Source: a virus (lineage: Duplodnaviria; Caudoviricetes). Taken from it: 25,690 nucleotides of DNA. Each line of letters starts with the position of its first letter. Within the stretch, counting starts at the first letter, position 1. The notes below the pieces were generated by a model. The model searched no databases, was not told the DNA's origin, and saw only the letters and a program-made list of their open reading frames with translations. Shown here in pieces: positions 1 through 7,431 of this stretch. Both the position numbers and the translations under genes were made by a program. Where the stretch lies: IMG/VR virus record IMGVR_UViG_3300025066_000136, positions 1 to 25,690 of that record. One strand, given 5' to 3'.

Positions 1-30
1 GAATTTATTATTACGTAACAATAAATGATT

Positions 31-147
31 ATGTCAGAAGAAAACGAAACTCCAGAAGTAGTAGAAGAAACTACTGAGGAAGTTGTAGAGGAAGCTCCAG
101 TAGAAGAAGGGGCTGAAGCTCCTGCAGAGGAAGTAGTAGAAGAGTAG
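31..147 (+). CDS. Small, extremely acidic protein (38 aa, MSEENETPEVVEE...VVEE)
   Basis: Read by hand, below the ORF-track cutoff. A-rich context before the ATG (in-frame alternative ATG at 25), 17 Glu and no Lys/Arg, followed by a terminator. Confidence 0.7.
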   Translation: MSEENETPEVVEETTEEVVEEAPVEEGAEAPAEEVVEE

Positions 148-164
148 TTCCCCACACTCTAATA

Positions 165-193
165 GAAAAAACCCCAGCTCTTGGGGTTTTCTC
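165..193 (+). terminator. Intrinsic terminator, probably bidirectional
   Basis: Stem AAAACCCCA (168-176) / TGGGGTTTT (182-190) with a 5-nt loop; A-tract on the left and T-tract on the right. Confidence 0.75.
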
Positions 194-296
194 GTTCAAA
201 TTTAAATTTATGAATATTTTACGATTCAACGCTTAATCTGTCGTAGTTACAGAATATATAAAGTATGCAATAGTTTATAGTTGCAAGTCAAGGGGT

Positions 297-337
297 TGTG
301 GAAAACTTTTTGATAGAAAAAACTAATAGTGTATACT
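297..337 (+). promoter_or_regulatory. DnaA-box consensus plus sigma70-type promoter for the replication gene
   Basis: TGTGGAAAA at 297-305 (reverse complement TTTTCCACA), TTGATA at 310-315, 16-bp spacer, TATACT at 332-337. Confidence 0.6.
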
Positions 338-360
338 AGAAAAAGGTGATAGGATTTATA

Positions 361-436
361 AGGTCGACAAAAAAGTTCTACTGGATTAGTTAGGAAGTCG
401 ACCTCCTGACTACTCCATTAGGACTTTTTTGTTTTA
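361..436 (+). promoter_or_regulatory. 5'-leader hairpin or attenuator of the replication gene
   Basis: Long stem 369-395 / 404-430 with G-U pairs, ending in a U-tract. Loop GTCGACCT (397-404) is complementary to AGGTCGAC (361-368). Confidence 0.6.
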
Positions 437-448
437 ACAAAAATAATT

Positions 449-1123
449 ATGGCACAAAAAAGAATGTTTGATAAAGCAATAGTGGATACAGATAGATTTA
501 TGGATTTATCAATGTCTTCAAAAGCCCTTTATTTCCTTTTAGGAATGGAGGCAGATGATGAAGGATTCGTGTCCTACAAAAAGGTGATGAGGATTCATGG
601 AGGTAACGATGATGACATAAAATCACTACTTATGAAGAACTTCATTATTGGATTCAAATCGGGTGTTGTGGTCATCACAGATTGGAAGAAAAACAACTGG
701 TTAGACACGAGAAGGATAAAACCTACCGAATATCAGGTAGAAAAGCAATTACTGGCTATAAACAAGGATAAAAGCTATGTGCTTAGCGAAGGCTTAGCCA
801 GTATAGAGGAGAGTAGTATAGAGGAGAGTAGTATAGAGGAGAAAAACCCTATCTCTAAATCAAAAAACTTTGATAGATTTTGGGAGGTTTATCCGAAGAA
901 AGAGAACAAGAAGAAATCTCGTGGTTTATGGGAGTCCAAGAAGATGGATGGACACATCAACGAGATTCTGGAGTTCGTTGAGAAAGCCAAAAAAACCGAC
1001 CGTTGGATAGATGGGTATGTTAAAGCTCCAGATGTATTCCTGAGGAATGAGACTTGGGAGGACGATTTGAGTTCGTATAACAATATTAACAAGGAGGTCG
1101 GTCACGAAGTAATAAAAATATAG
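449..1123 (+). CDS. Phage replication initiator (replisome-organizer type)
   Basis: N-terminus MAQKRMF..IVDTDRFMDLSMSSKALYFLLGMEADDEGFV is typical of phage replisome organizers; central repeat linker; C-terminal FDRFWEVYPKK...PDVFLRNETWED domain. Confidence 0.85.
   Translation: MAQKRMFDKAIVDTDRFMDLSMSSKALYFLLGMEADDEGFVSYKKVMRIHGGNDDDIKSLLMKNFIIGFKSGVVVITDWKKNNWLDTRRIKPTEYQVEKQLLAINKDKSYVLSEGLASIEESSIEESSIEEKNPISKSKNFDRFWEVYPKKENKKKSRGLWESKKMDGHINEILEFVEKAKKTDRWIDGYVKAPDVFLRNETWEDDLSSYNNINKEVGHEVIKI
781..842 (+). repeat. Tandem repeats inside the initiator gene (candidate origin iterons)
   Basis: GCTTAGC at 781-787 and 792-798 (11-bp period); AGTATAGAGGAGAGT about x2.9 at 800-842 (15-bp period, encoding SIEES repeats). 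Confidence 0.75.
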
Positions 1124-1126
1124 ATT

Positions 1127-1675
1127 ATGTATCAAATTAAACTCAAGGGCGATTACAAGGATATTGAATTGAACGAAGAAAGGGGTTCCGAACTTTTAAA
1201 GCAATGGTTGGCGTATCTGGAGAATAAGGTCAACAAGGGAGTCAGCTTTGATGGTTTTTATGGTCAGCTCTCCGACATCAAGAATATTCGGGAGGTTAAA
1301 GCTAACCGCAGTGAGAATGAATCAAGTTCCGTTGCTCAGGATACCATCCGAGAATATGCTAGTGAGCATGAGAAGATTAGAGGGATGTCAGTAGAGTCTA
1401 AAGCTAGGAAATGTGCTGGGTTTACGAAGTTAATGCACTGGGTGACGACAGGTAACCAGTTGGAAGATGAACCTCAGGAGCTAAAGGAAGAAGTGTACGG
1501 TCGTTTGCTGAAGTTCTTTAAAGAAAATCCGACTAGGATATTTCCTGACTTAGAGACCTTTGCTGATTTATATGAATTGAATAAGGAAAAAGTGGGAGAG
1601 CATAGATTTACTGGACTGGAAATTATTGGTAAACAAATCAGTTCAGATATTGCCCAGCAAAAGTATATTGATTAG
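1127..1675 (+). CDS. Hypothetical protein, possible replication accessory or helicase loader by position
   Basis: 182-aa ORF starting 3 nt after the initiator stop; no Walker motifs seen. Confidence 0.6.
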   Translation: MYQIKLKGDYKDIELNEERGSELLKQWLAYLENKVNKGVSFDGFYGQLSDIKNIREVKANRSENESSSVAQDTIREYASEHEKIRGMSVESKARKCAGFTKLMHWVTTGNQLEDEPQELKEEVYGRLLKFFKENPTRIFPDLETFADLYELNKEKVGEHRFTGLEIIGKQISSDIAQQKYID

Positions 1676-1677
1676 GT

Positions 1678-1720
1678 TGTGGATAACTAGCTTGTATATA
1701 TATTTAGATGTGTTTAGATA
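1678..1720 (+). promoter_or_regulatory. Perfect DnaA box with a possible promoter
   Basis: TGTGGATAA at 1678-1686 and TTGTAT at 1692-1697; the -10 is not clearly defined in an AT-rich tract. Confidence 0.55.
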
Positions 1721-1758
1721 TATATACGGCAGAAGATTATTAAGTTAAATATAAAATT

Positions 1759-2028
1759 ATGGAAATACAAGAATTAAAAGATGGATTAATATCACAATGT
1801 GACGAGAGTTACGATGGTGAAGATGGAACTCCTGCAAGAGAAATGATTGATGAGCTGTGTAATCTACTTGCAGAGAGGTTTACTGTCGTACCTATCTTCA
1901 CTGAGGATGAGCAGAACGCTTACGCCTTGATTGATGCTGGTGATATTGTAGAACCAAAAGCAGATAAGGTCTTACTTGATGAAAGATTGGCAGACCTTGT
2001 TACTCACTTTAATTTATTTGAAAATTAA
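1759..2028 (+). CDS. Acidic hypothetical protein (89 aa)
   Basis: ORF with A-rich initiation context (TAAAATTATG); Asp/Glu-rich. Confidence 0.75.
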   Translation: MEIQELKDGLISQCDESYDGEDGTPAREMIDELCNLLAERFTVVPIFTEDEQNAYALIDAGDIVEPKADKVLLDERLADLVTHFNLFEN

Positions 2029-2029
2029 T

Positions 2030-2164
2030 ATGGAAGAAACAATTAACAAAATGGTAGAGGTGGCAGAAAATTTAGAAGAAGCAACGAAGAAGCAATCAGA
2101 AATAATTGAGGAGCTTATCAATGACTTAAATAAGTTAGCAGACTTATATAATATAGAAAAATAA
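2030..2164 (+). CDS. Small coiled-coil protein (44 aa, MEETINKM...)
   Basis: Start reassigned to the ATG at 2030, right after the upstream TAA; heptad-like pattern. Confidence 0.7.
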   Translation: MEETINKMVEVAENLEEATKKQSEIIEELINDLNKLADLYNIEK

Positions 2165-2166
2165 AT

Positions 2167-2316
2167 ATGACGACTAAAACAACAGGAGAATTACTAGAAG
2201 AACTTAAAGACAAGTCAGCTTTCAAGTTAGCCTGGTCAGTTATCTGGCGATGGGCAGTATTGGTGATGATAGCTTATGCTGCGATGGGATTACTTGGGGC
2301 ATTATTCGCTTACTAA
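2167..2316 (+). CDS. Small membrane protein (49 aa, MTTKTTGELLEELKDKSAFKLAWSVIWRWAVLVMIAYAAMGLLGALFAY)
   Basis: Translated by hand; fills the gap between neighbours; hydrophobic C-terminal helix. Confidence 0.7.
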   Translation: MTTKTTGELLEELKDKSAFKLAWSVIWRWAVLVMIAYAAMGLLGALFAY

Positions 2317-2322
2317 ATAAAT

Positions 2323-2589
2323 ATGAATAAAATTAGAATACCAACAGAACAATTTGCCTTCATAGAAGTTGAGCATGAAGGAACTCCAGAAGAGGCAATA
2401 GAATTGCATAACAGAATGGTAGAAGCAGTTAAGCCAAAAGCTGGGCTACCTAACAAGGAATGGATGCAAGCACTGGATGAATATATTAGTACACAAAAAC
2501 TTCAGGTTGAATATTGGGATAAGATGAGTCCAGAACAACAATCTACCATCCAAGAATTAAAGAGGTCTTTTGCTAGGTTAGATAAATAA
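2323..2589 (+). CDS. Hypothetical protein (88 aa)
   Basis: ORF in a tightly packed operon; N-terminal RIPTEQFAFIEVE strand; lies just upstream of the SSB-like gene. Confidence 0.75.
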   Translation: MNKIRIPTEQFAFIEVEHEGTPEEAIELHNRMVEAVKPKAGLPNKEWMQALDEYISTQKLQVEYWDKMSPEQQSTIQELKRSFARLDK

Positions 2590-2640
2590 CTTTGTCCGCA
2601 ATGACGCCATAAACTATACTAATAACTAAAAACTAAGACT

Positions 2641-3033
2641 ATGAAAATGAATAAAAAAACGAGTGTATCTGGAGTCTTCGCTAAGAAATCAGATTATGAA
2701 TGGGAAGGGACTCAATATGAAGCAGATATAAAGAGTGGTGATAAAGTCACTATTCTTAATGAAGGTGAGACAACCGAGGGTCAATTTGGAACACAATATG
2801 TATTCTCAATTAAGACTCGTAATGGAGATAAGAATTTAACTTTTAACCAAAGTACAATCAACGTACTTCATGATGAATTTGGTTCTGATTCTAAAGATTG
2901 GGTTGGAAAGGAAGTTAAGGTTCTTATGAAGAAAGATGTAGTAGCGGGGAGGAAGGTGGATATTGTTTATCTAGTGACAGAAGGTTGGGCATTAGATGAA
3001 TATGGAGACTTGACTAACGAAGTAGCGTTCTAG
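2641..3033 (+). CDS. Putative single-stranded DNA-binding protein (OB-fold-like)
   Basis: Beta-rich with an N.ST...L..EFG.DS.DWVGK.V.V pattern seen in phage SSB-like proteins; acidic tail ending in Phe (DEYGDLTNEVAF). Confidence 0.55.
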   Translation: MKMNKKTSVSGVFAKKSDYEWEGTQYEADIKSGDKVTILNEGETTEGQFGTQYVFSIKTRNGDKNLTFNQSTINVLHDEFGSDSKDWVGKEVKVLMKKDVVAGRKVDIVYLVTEGWALDEYGDLTNEVAF

Positions 3034-3061
3034 TCAATAGTTAATAATTAAATTTAGAAAA

Positions 3062-3568
3062 ATGTTTGGAAAAAATAAAAAGAAAGAAGTGGTAGCAGGA
3101 GTAAGTAGGAAGGACTTAGAAAAATCTTTAGAAATATTCGATATTATGAAATCGAGTATATATGCTTTAGATATGACTGTTAAAGGATATCAGGGCAGAG
3201 AATTAACAAAGGATGACATACAAGCTTGTATTGCAGGTGTAGTAGGAGCTGTTCTCGCACTGGATAAGTCTGTTGACCATGATGAATTGGCCAAGATAAG
3301 TAAGGCGGCTGAAGATACTTTGGCTCTCCAGTATCTTGGTGAGATTCCTAGCCTATTTAAAAAGGGTGCATCTGGCAAGACAGTAGGAAGTGAAATTAAA
3401 ATCAAGGGCAATCTTAGTGGGGAAGAACTTAACAGTGCATTAAAGGGCATGAAAGAAGCATTAAAAGAAAAAATGGGAGTTTCTTTTGAGGAAGATACTG
3501 AGGATGAAAAGCCGAAACGAAAGAAAGGAGCAGGTCGTCCGAAGGGTTCAAAGAACAAGAAGAAATAA
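3062..3568 (+). CDS. Hypothetical protein with a C-terminal AT-hook-like motif
   Basis: Ends EEDTEDEKPKRKKGAGRPKGSKNKKK: a GRP core flanked by basic residues. Confidence 0.7.
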   Translation: MFGKNKKKEVVAGVSRKDLEKSLEIFDIMKSSIYALDMTVKGYQGRELTKDDIQACIAGVVGAVLALDKSVDHDELAKISKAAEDTLALQYLGEIPSLFKKGASGKTVGSEIKIKGNLSGEELNSALKGMKEALKEKMGVSFEEDTEDEKPKRKKGAGRPKGSKNKKK

Positions 3569-3595
3569 GAATTATTAAATTAATTTATAAATTAT

Positions 3596-4405
3596 ATGAA
3601 TAGATATACAGATGAGAGAGGTGAGGTATTAGGGGGCAAGGTTATCAGAGATATTATTCTGGCTATAGTAGCACTCGTTCTTGTGTTCGGTTCTATGTTC
3701 ACAGTTCGGGCAGGTGAGATGGGAGTTGTACTCCGATTCGGAGAAATCAAACGAACTGCGGACGAAGGTCTACATTTCAAGATTCCATTGATTGAGGGAG
3801 TAAAGAAAACTAACGTTCGGACTGCAAAGATTGAGCGTGAGGCTAGCTCATCATCTAAGGACTTGCAGGTAGTTACTACACAGGTAGCTCTTAACTACAA
3901 TGTTAATCCAGGTGATGTAGCTGACTTGTACCGACAGGTTGGTAAGAAATATGAGTCTCGTATTATTGACCCAGCTATTCAAGATGCAGTAAAAGCTTCT
4001 ACAGCACAATTCAATGCTGAAGAGTTGATTACGAAACGAGCAGAGGTTAAGGACTTGATGGAAGCTGACCTTACACAACGACTACAATCATCAGGATTAG
4101 TTGTGACAGCGATGAACATTGTTAATTTCCAGTTCTCAGCAGAGTTCGACAACGCTATTGAGCAGAAGGTGACAGCAGAACAGAACGCTCTAAAGGCTGA
4201 GAACGACTTGAAGAGAATTGAGTTTGAGGCACAACAGAGAATTGAAGAAGCGAAAGCCGAAGCAGAAGCTATTAGAATCCAAGCTCAGGCTATTAACTCT
4301 CAAGGTGGTGAGGACTATGTTCAGCTCCAAGCTATTGAGAAATGGGACGGTATTCTACCTGCACAATTCGTACCAGGTTCAGCTATCCCATTCCTAAGTA
4401 TCTAA
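3596..4405 (+). CDS. SPFH / Band 7 / prohibitin family membrane protein
   Basis: N-terminal TM helix, GVVLRFGE, EGLHFKIPLIE, SKDLQ.V, FS.EF..AIEQK..AEQ and an AEAEA coiled coil. Confidence 0.93.
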   Translation: MNRYTDERGEVLGGKVIRDIILAIVALVLVFGSMFTVRAGEMGVVLRFGEIKRTADEGLHFKIPLIEGVKKTNVRTAKIEREASSSSKDLQVVTTQVALNYNVNPGDVADLYRQVGKKYESRIIDPAIQDAVKASTAQFNAEELITKRAEVKDLMEADLTQRLQSSGLVVTAMNIVNFQFSAEFDNAIEQKVTAEQNALKAENDLKRIEFEAQQRIEEAKAEAEAIRIQAQAINSQGGEDYVQLQAIEKWDGILPAQFVPGSAIPFLSI

Positions 4406-4406
4406 C

Positions 4407-4814
4407 ATGCGGAAGAAGATACTGTGGGGCATATTAATCTTACTAGCGATTGGGCACTTTGATTCCATCACTAATGGAGCAAACTACAACCAATCAAAGT
4501 ATGAAATATGGCAAGCAGGTGTAGCGTACCCGCATAGAGCAAAGATGGAGTGTCAGAATCAGGAGTTAGGATTCTCTATCAAAGTTGTGGTCAGAGAATT
4601 AGATGAGGACATAATGGCTCACTGGCTTCCTGGGAAGGATACGATTGAATTTCAGCCAGGAGTTACAGACATAGATACTATCGCTCATGAGGTCTATCAT
4701 GCCACTCAGACTATGAAGCAAAGATATGGTCTAGGGTACGATGAAGAATTATCAGCATATATGCAAGGTGGAATGACAGGATGTGTATATAAATTAATCC
4801 ATAACGTACGATGA
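4407..4814 (+). CDS. Membrane-anchored or exported zincin-like metallopeptidase
   Basis: N-terminal basic plus hydrophobic segment (MRKKILWGILILLAIG); TIAHEVYHA (HEXXH) with a downstream EELSAY third-ligand motif. Confidence 0.7.
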   Translation: MRKKILWGILILLAIGHFDSITNGANYNQSKYEIWQAGVAYPHRAKMECQNQELGFSIKVVVRELDEDIMAHWLPGKDTIEFQPGVTDIDTIAHEVYHATQTMKQRYGLGYDEELSAYMQGGMTGCVYKLIHNVR

Positions 4815-5062
4815 AAAAAGGATTTACATTAATTGAACTACTTATTGTTATCGCCATTGTAGGAATCCTGTCAGCCGTTGCTCTTGCAGGAGTACAGGAT
4901 AGACATGAAGAATATGGTGGTGATTCAAATTATAGAATCTGTGGTAGTGGTAGATGCTATAACGTAGAATATTACACAAAGGAGCAGAACTGTGTGTTCC
5001 TTTCAGAAGAAGAAGTAAGAGTTTGTGGTGATTACAGTATTACCAAGCTGAACGTAGAGTAG
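4811..5062 (+). CDS. Type IV pilin-like protein (class III signal peptide, N-methylation motif), 83 aa
   Basis: MKKG|FTLIELLIVIAIVGILSAVALAG with Glu at +5; short soluble domain with four Cys; ATGA overlap with the peptidase stop. Confidence 0.9.
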   Translation: MKKGFTLIELLIVIAIVGILSAVALAGVQDRHEEYGGDSNYRICGSGRCYNVEYYTKEQNCVFLSEEEVRVCGDYSITKLNVE

Positions 5063-5167
5063 TGCAATCGCCTTTGGCGAACCCTCAATCAGATGTTGTA
5101 TTTTCGTAGCTGATAATATTGTGTCTATTCATGTTAGTTGATTGGGGGTTCCCTGAAGGAGATTGTA
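5063..5167 (+). ncRNA. Long stem-loop RNA element (about 29-bp imperfect stem, about 47-nt loop)
   Basis: 5063-5091 pairs with 5139-5167 (TGCAATC/GATTGTA, GAACCCTCAATCA/TGATTGGGGGTTC); G-U pairs form on the + strand. Confidence 0.55.
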
Positions 5168-5291
5168 ATAGCCCTGAGAGGCTCAAAATTGAGCACCAGA
5201 GAGTTTAGATAGGAATAATGAAGGATGTATCTATCAGGATGGTAGAAGCCCTTAGAACGCAGAAATGAGATTAGTATTAAAATAAGAACAG

Positions 5292-5669
5292 ATGACACCA
5301 AAATCAAGATTATTTAATGAAATAAAGATATACCTACAGCATGGAACCAGGAATCCAGAGAAGAATCCTACTCGTTTTGATGATAAAGCTAGAGTACTAT
5401 TAACATTGTGTGATACACATAAGTTATTCCTTGATAGTATACTGGAGTTTAGACACCTGCATGCTAAAGGTTGGAAGGATATTCTAGGTCGTAGACTTCT
5501 GAAAGAGGTTGAGAGAGACAGAAAGAGAGGAGATGACCTTAGACAACGCAGGAAGAACAAACCTTTGCTCGATGCCTTACAGAAAGAACGCAAAGAGATG
5601 ATGCGGGAGAGACTTGCTTATCAATATCCTGGTGTAGATTTGTCACTACATTGGGCGAACCAAAAATAA
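5292..5669 (+). CDS. Basic hypothetical protein (125 aa)
   Basis: Arg/Lys-rich ORF abutting the RusA-like gene. Confidence 0.7.
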   Translation: MTPKSRLFNEIKIYLQHGTRNPEKNPTRFDDKARVLLTLCDTHKLFLDSILEFRHLHAKGWKDILGRRLLKEVERDRKRGDDLRQRRKNKPLLDALQKERKEMMRERLAYQYPGVDLSLHWANQK

Positions 5670-6008
5670 ATGAAAATAAAAATACCCCTACCACAAAAAA
5701 TATCAACTAATAAAATTTATGCGGGAACACATTGGGCTACCAGAAAGAAACAAGCCGACCTCTATCATGAAAGCCTAATAGAATATCGGAATGAAAAGAT
5801 TACAGAATATCCTGTAGATATAAATTATATTTTTTCTTTCAAAGGTAAGACTTTAGATACAACCAACTGTAGTTACATGGTGAAGATGTTAGAAGATGGA
5901 TTAGTTAAATCAGGAGTGCTAGAAGATGATGACCCTAAGCATGTTTCCTTCACTGGAATCTATTCTCAGAAGGGTAAGAAAGATGAGGTGGAAATTATTA
6001 TCACCTAA
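5670..6008 (+). CDS. rusA: RusA-like Holliday junction resolvase
   Basis: S.N..Y..HW..R N-terminus and LDTTN....VKMLEDGL...GVLEDDD catalytic pattern. Confidence 0.78.
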   Translation: MKIKIPLPQKISTNKIYAGTHWATRKKQADLYHESLIEYRNEKITEYPVDINYIFSFKGKTLDTTNCSYMVKMLEDGLVKSGVLEDDDPKHVSFTGIYSQKGKKDEVEIIIT

Positions 6009-6038
6009 TATAGGGCTAAGAATAAGGGTATTATAGGG

Positions 6039-6049
6039 TGTGGATAACT
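6039..6049 (+). promoter_or_regulatory. Perfect DnaA box upstream of the HNH gene
   Basis: TGTGGATAA(CT) at 6039-6049 in an intergenic gap, followed by an AT-rich promoter-like tract. Confidence 0.6.
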
Positions 6050-6087
6050 TTCTGGTGTTATTAGTATAAATAATGTAACATATAAAT

Positions 6088-6465
6088 ATGTTATCAGAAC
6101 AAGAAAAAAAGAAGTGTAGAATTTGCAAAGAGAAGCCTGGTGAGATGGTCTTATCAACTAACCCCAGTAATGGACATAAGAGATTGTGTTGCCTTGCTTG
6201 TAATGCAAAGAGAATGAAGAAGTATCGTGACGAGAACAAAGATAAAATTAAGATTATTAGTAAGAGATATGAAGTGGCAAATCAAGAAAAGCGTAGAGCT
6301 TGGATGAAGGTTCGTTATGCAGTAGTAACAGGAAAGCTAGTAAAGCCTGATGCGTGTTCTGATTGTGGAACAGAGGGTCAATTAGATGCACATCATGAGG
6401 ATTACTCTAAAGCTTTGGAAGTTACATGGGTATGCCGTAAATGCCATAAAGCGATACATAAATAA
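6088..6465 (+). CDS. HNH-family zinc-finger endonuclease
   Basis: CRIC...CLAC N-terminal finger; CSDC...LDAHHEDYSK.LEV.WVCRKCH C-terminal domain. Confidence 0.82.
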   Translation: MLSEQEKKKCRICKEKPGEMVLSTNPSNGHKRLCCLACNAKRMKKYRDENKDKIKIISKRYEVANQEKRRAWMKVRYAVVTGKLVKPDACSDCGTEGQLDAHHEDYSKALEVTWVCRKCHKAIHK

Positions 6466-6472
6466 AAAAAAT

Positions 6473-6625
6473 ATGGATGAATTAGAAAAAGAAATGATAA
6501 GAATAGCTGGCCTTTGGAATGGCAAAAATAGTGGAGCTTTAGAAGAAAAGGCTCAAAGAGCTTTGGAGGTTTTAGAACACCTAAAAGAAATACATAGATT
6601 ATTGGAGGAGATTGAAAATATATAA
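6473..6625 (+). CDS. Hypothetical protein (50 aa, MDELEKEMIR...)
   Basis: Start reassigned to the ATG at 6473 after an A-tract, removing the overlap with the HNH gene. Confidence 0.7.
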   Translation: MDELEKEMIRIAGLWNGKNSGALEEKAQRALEVLEHLKEIHRLLEEIENI

Positions 6626-6627
6626 CC

Positions 6628-6819
6628 ATGACAACACTTAAAGAGATAGCCCTAAAGGGGTTAAACAAAGAAAAGCAGATGTTGACACTGTCTTTAATAG
6701 GATTTAACGAACAGAAAAAGTATTCAGGGGCTATAGATATTAAGAACCGTTTACGGGAGGTGGATACCCAGATAGGGTCTATCTTAAAAGAAGCCGAGGC
6801 GTTATTAACTAACCAATAA
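6628..6819 (+). CDS. Hypothetical protein (63 aa)
   Basis: Tightly packed ORF ending LTNQ*. Confidence 0.7.
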   Translation: MTTLKEIALKGLNKEKQMLTLSLIGFNEQKKYSGAIDIKNRLREVDTQIGSILKEAEALLTNQ

Positions 6820-6823
6820 AGAT

Positions 6824-7075
6824 ATGTCAGCAACAAAAACAATAACAAAAGAAAGGTGGAAAGAGCTTGTCGCAATTAATTCCTTAGATACCTATAGTAT
6901 GGTTGTAATGTTTGGAATACTGACCCTGTGGGAAGCTGGGGTCAAAACAGAAGAAGAGGCTAATGAGGTTTTGTTAAACAAGAAATTAGGATTAACAGGA
7001 TTTCAAGCAGAAAATATAATTGCCAAGGCGTTAGGGAATACTCCAGATTGGAATCTTGGAATGGATAAGGAGTAA
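6824..7075 (+). CDS. Hypothetical protein (83 aa)
   Basis: ORF starting at the ATG of the 23-bp repeat. Confidence 0.75.
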   Translation: MSATKTITKERWKELVAINSLDTYSMVVMFGILTLWEAGVKTEEEANEVLLNKKLGLTGFQAENIIAKALGNTPDWNLGMDKE

Positions 7076-7093
7076 TAAGTTATATATCAAGAT

Positions 7094-7258
7094 ATGAAAA
7101 GCCCATATTTCAAACGTGCAACGAGCAAGATTACCAAGATAGAGATTTCTATTGAGAGGGAGAATGAATCTAAGGTTGTGGTTGCTTGGGTAAGACCAGA
7201 AAAAATAAAGGAATTGGTGGAAAAAGAGAAATTTATTAGAGAATTAACTAACCAATAA
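7094..7258 (+). CDS. Hypothetical protein (54 aa, MKSPYFKR...ELTNQ)
   Basis: Translated by hand; AAGATATG start context; ends LTNQ* inside the second repeat copy. Confidence 0.65.
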   Translation: MKSPYFKRATSKITKIEISIERENESKVVVAWVRPEKIKELVEKEKFIRELTNQ

Positions 7259-7262
7259 AGAT

Positions 7263-7418
7263 ATGAAAGAAATCATAGAACAAATACAGGTACTAGCTAT
7301 GGATAGAATGACAGAAGATGGCATACACCATGACGATTTCCCAGACCGAGAGGCAGACTACGCTTACGATATCCTGGAAGAGCTTGGTGAGGTTTGGGAC
7401 ATTGATTTAACAACTTAA
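7263..7418 (+). CDS. Small acidic protein (51 aa, MKEIIEQIQV...WDIDLTT)
   Basis: Translated by hand; 16 Asp/Glu versus 3 Lys/Arg. Confidence 0.7.
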   Translation: MKEIIEQIQVLAMDRMTEDGIHHDDFPDREADYAYDILEELGEVWDIDLTT

Positions 7419-7431
7419 CTAAATAAGATAT

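Larger units (their letters stand above)
6804..7265 (+). repeat. 23-bp exact direct repeat at gene junctions
   Basis: ATTAACTAACCAATAAAGATATG at 6804-6826 and 7243-7265; degenerate copy at 7415-7434. Confidence 0.85.

Noticed and set aside
800-842. 15-bp tandem repeat, and the 23-bp repeat at 6804/7243, as CRISPR arrays
   Set aside because: No repeat-spacer periodicity; the first is in-frame coding and the second has only two exact copies 439 bp apart; no cas genes.
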